From NCBI GenBank assembly GCA_964414795.1, contig CAYPWV010000001.1, forward strand, positions 5,221 to 69,220: a stretch of DNA of 64,000 nt. Direction: 5' to 3'. Both the position numbers and the translations under genes were made by a program. Source of the stretch: an uncultured Gammaproteobacteria bacterium (GTDB taxonomy: Bacteria > Patescibacteriota > Patescibacteriia > UBA9934). Shown here in pieces: positions 60,117 through 64,000 of the stretch; the first letter of the stretch is position 1; each line of letters begins with the position of its first letter. Below the pieces are notes generated by a model. That model did no database searches. It worked only from the letters and a program-made list of their open reading frames with translations, and was not told the DNA's origin.

Positions 60117-60584
60117 ATGGGAGTAGTATACATTGAAAGTGTGCCTTCTCTCGCCACCAACCCCAAAGCTCATCACTCCTTCGATCTCATTGAACAATTT
60201 GAGGGAGGTTTGGTGTTAACGGGAGCTGAAGTAAAAGCCGTGATGCAAGGAAGTGCAAACATTAAAGGAGCGTTTGTTACACTTCGCGGTCGAGAGCTTT
60301 GGCTGCGCAATGCCTACATCGGGCACTACACTCCCGCCGGACCACAAAAAGAAGGCGATGAACGAAGAGATAGAAAAATTCTTGCACATAAGAGTGAGAT
60401 CCGCACCCTTATCATGCGCCACGAAACGGAACGGCTTACGCTCATCCCTCTCGACATTCATCTTTCCAAACGCCGGCTGAAAATCACCTTCGCCCTTGCC
60501 CGCGGAAAACGAAAACACGAAAAACGTGCAGCTATAAAGAAACGTGAAGTTGATCGTGAGATTCGAAGGGAGTTGAAGAATTAA
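60117..60584 (+). CDS. smpB: SsrA-binding protein
   Basis: NPKAHHSFDLIEQFEGGLVLTGAEVKAVMQGSANIKGAFV and C-terminal basic tail are SmpB-like; start uncertain. Confidence 0.85.
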   Translation: MGVVYIESVPSLATNPKAHHSFDLIEQFEGGLVLTGAEVKAVMQGSANIKGAFVTLRGRELWLRNAYIGHYTPAGPQKEGDERRDRKILAHKSEIRTLIMRHETERLTLIPLDIHLSKRRLKITFALARGKRKHEKRAAIKKREVDREIRRELKN

Positions 60585-60829
60585 GCGAATATAAATCTTT
60601 TTCGTGCAAATGCATGCCCTGAAGGAGTTTTTAAGTATCGTTCGAAATCTCGAGCTTTTTCATTTTCTTTGAAAGCCGCATACCAGACAAGCGTCCAGGG
60701 ACGATATTTTTTTGTGTAAGAAGATTTCCCCTCATTATGCTCAATGAGACGAGCGGACATATCTCGTCCTGTGTACCCATAATAGTATCGACCATCACTT
60801 TCGCTCTTAAGAATATACGCAATATACAT
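60581..60829 (-). CDS. GIY-YIG nuclease-domain protein (small, stand-alone)
   Basis: YIAYILKSESDGRYYYGYTGRDMSARLIEHNEGK is the GIY-YIG motif. Confidence 0.7.
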   Translation of the reverse strand: MYIAYILKSESDGRYYYGYTGRDMSARLIEHNEGKSSYTKKYRPWTLVWYAAFKENEKARDFERYLKTPSGHAFARKRFIFA

Positions 60830-61002
60830 ATCAGTTTATGATAACAAAAATACGACCCCTTTCCGGATCATAATTTTATTTGATTCCACTCTGCTCGTTT
60901 AGCGTGCTTCATTTGAGACGCGCCCCACGTCGCCCTCGCTACGCTCGAGCTATGTTGGGGGCATGCCTAACGAAGTTCTGCCTTCGGCAGAACGGAGTGG
61001 CA

Positions 61003-61416
61003 TGGTGGACCCGGGGGGAATTGAACCCCCATCCGTACCACATTCTCCAAAACTCTTTCTTCCAAGCTCATTCGCGTTTAAACGGTTAACGTCTTTTTCG
61101 GTCGAGAAACACGACGAACAGTGAAACCGACGATCATGCAGCAAGAGTCCCGGGCGTAAGGCATGATGCTCACACACAGCAAGTCAGAGATTTATTGCAT
61201 GACGGTGTTATGTACTGACGACATAACGGTCATGGGTGGCGGCGTTATTACGCGGCGACCGGAGCAAATGAGAACGCGCGAGTCGCCGAAGCGAAAGCGG
61301 TCTTCATTTGTGAAAATACGTTTGCATGTACTTTCTGAGGCGTGTGATGACGCGGAACGCCTCGTCCGCGGCTTGAGAGGGATTGGGAATGTAGACGTCG
61401 AAAGCCTAGCAGGCCC
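61003..61416 (-). ncRNA. ssrA: tmRNA (SsrA)
   Basis: 3' tRNA-like end GGGGGUUCAAUUCCCCC-CGGGUCC-ACCA. The 5' GGGCCUGCUAGGCUUUCGACG pairs with the 3' acceptor strand (with two G-U wobbles) and resembles the E. coli 5' end. Internal reading frame GCA AAC GUA ... CCG GUC GCC GCG UAA UAA. Convergent with smpB. Confidence 0.8.
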
Positions 61417-61424
61417 TTGTTAGT

Positions 61425-61552
61425 GATTTGCTACCCAAGTTCGTCCATTTGCGGCGTCGTTTTCTGCGTTTGACCTCGTCGTACTGATGTAGTACGCCTC
61501 GATCAAGCCTCGAAAACTCCTTGCAACTGAACGAACTTAGTAGCAAATCAAC
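61425..61552. repeat. 19-bp inverted repeat (TGATTTGCTACCCAAGTTCG / CGAACTTAGTAGCAAATCA) bracketing a palindrome-containing ~90-bp segment between ssrA and infC
   Basis: Seen directly. Function unknown (MITE-like element or regulatory site). Confidence 0.4.
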
Positions 61553-61645
61553 GCGTTCACAGTTCGCCCCTTACTCTACCATTGATCTGGCATTCTCTCA
61601 ATCATTCTGCTATCATTTTTCTAACTTTCATTTAATCCCCCAAAA

Positions 61646-62203
61646 ATGCGCATCCACAAACACCGTAGGTTCCAGGCTCCTAAGTTTGCTCCTCAACTGT
61701 ATAAGGCGAATAAAGCCATTGCCGCAGAAGAAGTGCGAGTCATTGATGAAGAAGGCAAGCCACTTGGCATTCTTCCTACTGCAAAAGCTATTGCTATTGC
61801 CGAAGAACGTGAGCTTGATCTTATTGAAGTTTCTCCAAAAGCAGAACCTCCCGTTTGTCGTATTGGTGATTACGGCCAGTTCAAATATCAAAAAGAAAAG
61901 GAAGCTCGTAAGCAACGCGCGCAATCAAAAGAAGTGGAAATTAAAGGTGTGCGTTTGGGGTTGCGTATTGGCGAAGGTGACCTCAATATGCGCGTGCAGC
62001 AAGGCGCAAAGTTCTTTGAACAGGGTGATAAATTGAAGGTAGAAATGATTCTCCGCGGCCGTGAGCGTGCCTATCAAGCGCAGGCGCAAATCGTATTTGA
62101 TACGTACGTCACCAAGCTCGGCGCATTTTATCCTGTAAAAATTGAATCTCCGGTAAAAGCACAGGCAGGTAAATTGCACATGATTTTAGCGCGACAGACG
62201 TAG
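61646..62203 (+). CDS. infC: Translation initiation factor IF-3
   Basis: EEVRVIDEEGKPLGIL...IDLIEVSP...PVCRIGDYGQFKYQ...KGVRLGLRIGEGDL...ILRGRE. Gene order infC-rpmI-rplT. Confidence 0.85.
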   Translation: MRIHKHRRFQAPKFAPQLYKANKAIAAEEVRVIDEEGKPLGILPTAKAIAIAEERELDLIEVSPKAEPPVCRIGDYGQFKYQKEKEARKQRAQSKEVEIKGVRLGLRIGEGDLNMRVQQGAKFFEQGDKLKVEMILRGRERAYQAQAQIVFDTYVTKLGAFYPVKIESPVKAQAGKLHMILARQT

Positions 62204-62233
62204 GTTCGTGCACAAACGAGTTGACGCATATAA

Positions 62234-62272
62234 AGAAATTCCGTATACTCCTGCGGAATTTTCTTTTTCCTT
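62234..62272 (+). terminator. Hairpin plus T-run between infC and rpmI (attenuator/terminator)
   Basis: GAAATTCCG...CGGAATTTT followed by CTTTTTCCTTTTT. Confidence 0.45.
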
Positions 62273-62275
62273 TTT

Positions 62276-62473
62276 ATGGCTATCAAGACGAATAAATCCA
62301 TGGTAAAACGCTTTAAAGTAACCACCTCTGGCAAGGTTATGAAGCGAAAAGCCGGACAGGCACACTTCAACTCCCGCGAATCTGGCAATACAACCCGCAA
62401 TAAGCGTACCGACGTTGCAATGCCAAAAACCATTGCTCGTGCGCTTAAAACCCTCATGCCTTATAGCTTCTAA
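62276..62473 (+). CDS. rpmI: 50S ribosomal protein L35
   Basis: KSMVKRFKVTTSGKVMKRKAGQAH is an L35-like basic protein; 65 aa. Confidence 0.85.
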   Translation: MAIKTNKSMVKRFKVTTSGKVMKRKAGQAHFNSRESGNTTRNKRTDVAMPKTIARALKTLMPYSF

Positions 62474-62559
62474 ATCACAAGATCCTGAGCTCGGCGAAGG
62501 ATCTAGCGAACGAATAAGAGATATCTGACAAATGGGTTCTCTGGACCCTTCCTATCGTC

Positions 62560-62600
62560 AGGGTCTTTCCATTCACTTCAAACTCTTAACTTCATACTTC
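62560..62600. repeat. Family C right-arm remnant (CACTTCAAACTCTTAACTTCATACTTCAACC)
   Basis: Matches the right arm of the copy at 52470-52508. Lies between rpmI and rplT. Confidence 0.55.
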
Positions 62601-62613
62601 AACCTCTCTCCAT

Positions 62614-62958
62614 ATGCCTCGTGTCAAACGCGGTACACAACATGTTAAGCGCCGCAATAACCTTCTCGCTCGCGTAAAGGGCTTTAATTGGGGTCGCAAG
62701 AGCAAAATTCGTCTTGCTCGCACTGCAATGCTTAAGGCAGGTGTTTACGCTTTCCGCGACCGCCGAGCAAAAAAGCGCACTTTCCGCAACTTGTGGACCA
62801 TTAAAATCAATGCTGCAGTACGCGAACTTGGTACCACTTACTCGGTTTTCATCGCCAATCTTAAAAAGGCAAACATCGCTATTGACCGCAAAGTTCTTGC
62901 CGTTTTGGCCGAAAAGAACCCCAAAGTCTTTGCAAAAATCGTAGAAGCTGCAAAGTAA
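62614..62958 (+). CDS. rplT: 50S ribosomal protein L20
   Basis: MPRVKRGTQHVKRRNNLLARVKGF...RDRRAKKRTFRNLWTIKINAAVRELG is consensus L20. Confidence 0.9.
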   Translation: MPRVKRGTQHVKRRNNLLARVKGFNWGRKSKIRLARTAMLKAGVYAFRDRRAKKRTFRNLWTIKINAAVRELGTTYSVFIANLKKANIAIDRKVLAVLAEKNPKVFAKIVEAAK

Positions 62959-62971
62959 CGTTACAAAAGTC

Positions 62972-62999
62972 AAAAAATCCCCCGTTTGGGGGATTTTTT
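62972..62999. terminator. Bidirectional intrinsic terminator AAAAAATCCCCC-GTTT-GGGGGATTTTTT
   Basis: Perfect hairpin flanked by A and T runs immediately after rplT. Confidence 0.8.
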
Positions 63000-63029
63000 G
63001 ACTTTTCCCCCCTTTTATGTTATTATTTA

Positions 63030-63644
63030 TTGTCCGTTTGGGTGCCATCCCGGCTCCCCGACGCAAGTTTCGAGACCCCAAAACCCAAGACGCCGGCAAG
63101 CAAAAACGCCGGCAAAAGGAAAGAGGAATTGCCCACTACACCCCAAAAAACCAACCCCTGGATCTGGATTGGCATCCTCGTCGTCGCCACATCTCTGGGC
63201 CTCGCGGGCGCAAAGGGCTGCGGATCGGCCTACGACTGGCTCAAGTCGGCGGCCGCCGTCCACGATGCGGAGGTCGTCGCCCCCCCGGCCCCGGTCGACG
63301 TCTCCGATCAGCCCTTCAACTGCTCCAACGCCCACGAGATCACCTCCGACCTGGAGGGCAATGGAACGCGGGAGAAGTTCGCAGTGATCCCGCTCAACGG
63401 CGGAGCTTCGGCTCTGTACGTGGAGGGAATCTTCGTGAGCAGCGGGACCTGCTACGAGGGCGCCAACGACACGGTCACTAACGGCGACATCTCGGGACTG
63501 TGCGATGACCTGCAAAGGCGAATCAGCACCGAGCTTCCGACCGGAGGCATCCGCGTCACCGAGCCCCTCATGATTTGGGGGCTCAGGATCCGGTTCGACC
63601 TCGGGTCGGCCGATGGCCTCGAGAAGTGCTCCGCGCCGAGCTAG
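63030..63644 (+). CDS. Hypothetical membrane-anchored protein in a high-GC segment (low confidence; several long overlapping ORFs exist here because of the GC content)
   Basis: Basic N-terminus, TM helix (NPWIWIGILVVATSLGLAGA), Cys-containing soluble domain. GC rises sharply from 63000 onward. Confidence 0.3.
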   Translation: MSVWVPSRLPDASFETPKPKTPASKNAGKRKEELPTTPQKTNPWIWIGILVVATSLGLAGAKGCGSAYDWLKSAAAVHDAEVVAPPAPVDVSDQPFNCSNAHEITSDLEGNGTREKFAVIPLNGGASALYVEGIFVSSGTCYEGANDTVTNGDISGLCDDLQRRISTELPTGGIRVTEPLMIWGLRIRFDLGSADGLEKCSAPS

Positions 63645-63840
63645 AAGCGGCGCGAGGCAAGAAGGTGACCGTCACAAAACGCTGCCCTGTCGGTTTCGAC
63701 CGATGGGGCAAACCGCTGACAAAGTACTAGGAGATACAACTCCTTCGGACCTGTCAGCGGGAAACTCACGCCTGCTGACAAGTACCGAAGAGCGATCTTC
63801 TGGGAACGTTGGCGGGCGTTTTGCATTTCGAGAAACGCGG

Positions 63841-63862
63841 GGGCGGATACGTTGATCCGCCC
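63841..63862. repeat. Family F hairpin GGGCGGATACGTTGATCCGCCC, intergenic copy
   Basis: Identical core to 33136-33157. Confidence 0.6.
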
Positions 63863-63933
63863 TTACATGCCCTTCATCGCAAGGCTTCAAAGATTTGCTC
63901 ATCTTGGAAACCCCACGCTTTTAATTTCGAAAA

Positions 63934-63963
63934 GATCTTCACATTGATAATTCTGTGAAGATC
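63934..63963. promoter_or_regulatory. Perfect 10-bp-arm palindrome GATCTTCACA-TTGATAATTC-TGTGAAGATC (operator-like) overlapping a TTGATA -35-like hexamer
   Basis: Seen directly just upstream of an ATG at the window edge. Confidence 0.35.
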
Positions 63964-64000
63964 ATGTTGTATTGTATATTTCGCACCAGTAACAGGATGA

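Noticed and set aside
60117-60197. smpB and the AI-2E transporter appear to start back-to-back or overlap on opposite strands.
   Set aside because: This is probably a start-codon assignment issue; alternative downstream or upstream starts exist for both. I did not treat it as biology.
12281-62600. Many recurring short repeats raised the possibility of a CRISPR array.
   Set aside because: The repeats are dispersed palindromic elements of several unrelated families. They are not tandem direct repeats separated by unique spacers, and no cas genes are present.
63017-63515. Multiple overlapping 130-160-aa ORFs in all frames at 62986-63515.
   Set aside because: They are typical artefacts of high-GC sequence. 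Only the frame with a TM helix and consistent start was kept, and that one at low confidence.

Overview
The window is 64 kb of a compact bacterial chromosome (about 50% GC, most genes on the minus strand, many short gene overlaps). I read the provided ORF track myself and recognised families from memory. I ran no database searches. Recognisable core genes are gatC plus a 3'-truncated gatA, ligA, rnhA, recJ, murG-ftsW-mraY, pyrG, rpmA, rplI, ctpA, smpB with a convergent tmRNA (ssrA), and infC-rpmI-rplT. Type IV pilus components are present (PilD prepilin peptidase, PilM, a pilin-like protein, a degenerate receiver domain). Two cell-envelope polysaccharide loci are present: rfbB/C/D with GT2, GT4 and GT-C transferases, and a second with Wzy-like, Wzz-like, GT4s and a UXS-like epimerase. 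There is a secreted S8 protease and a 1377-aa acidic repeat surface protein next to an ECF sigma/anti-sigma pair. Accessory content is a low-GC HaeIII-type (GGCC) C5-methyltransferase/restriction pair, an IS1595-family element with perfect inverted repeats and an 8-bp target duplication carrying a passenger trypsin-like protease, and a J-domain (HQD variant) operon next to MazG/HIT/NUDIX genes. The most unusual features are: at least six families of dispersed palindromic repeats, several inserted in-frame inside membrane-protein genes and one family sitting directly upstream of four envelope genes; a ~500-nt non-coding transcription unit with a consensus promoter, intrinsic terminator and UUCG/GNRA hairpins that I could not assign to any RNA class; and a duplicated mini-cassette of small ORFs between rplI and rpmA. 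No CRISPR array, rRNA or canonical tRNA was seen.
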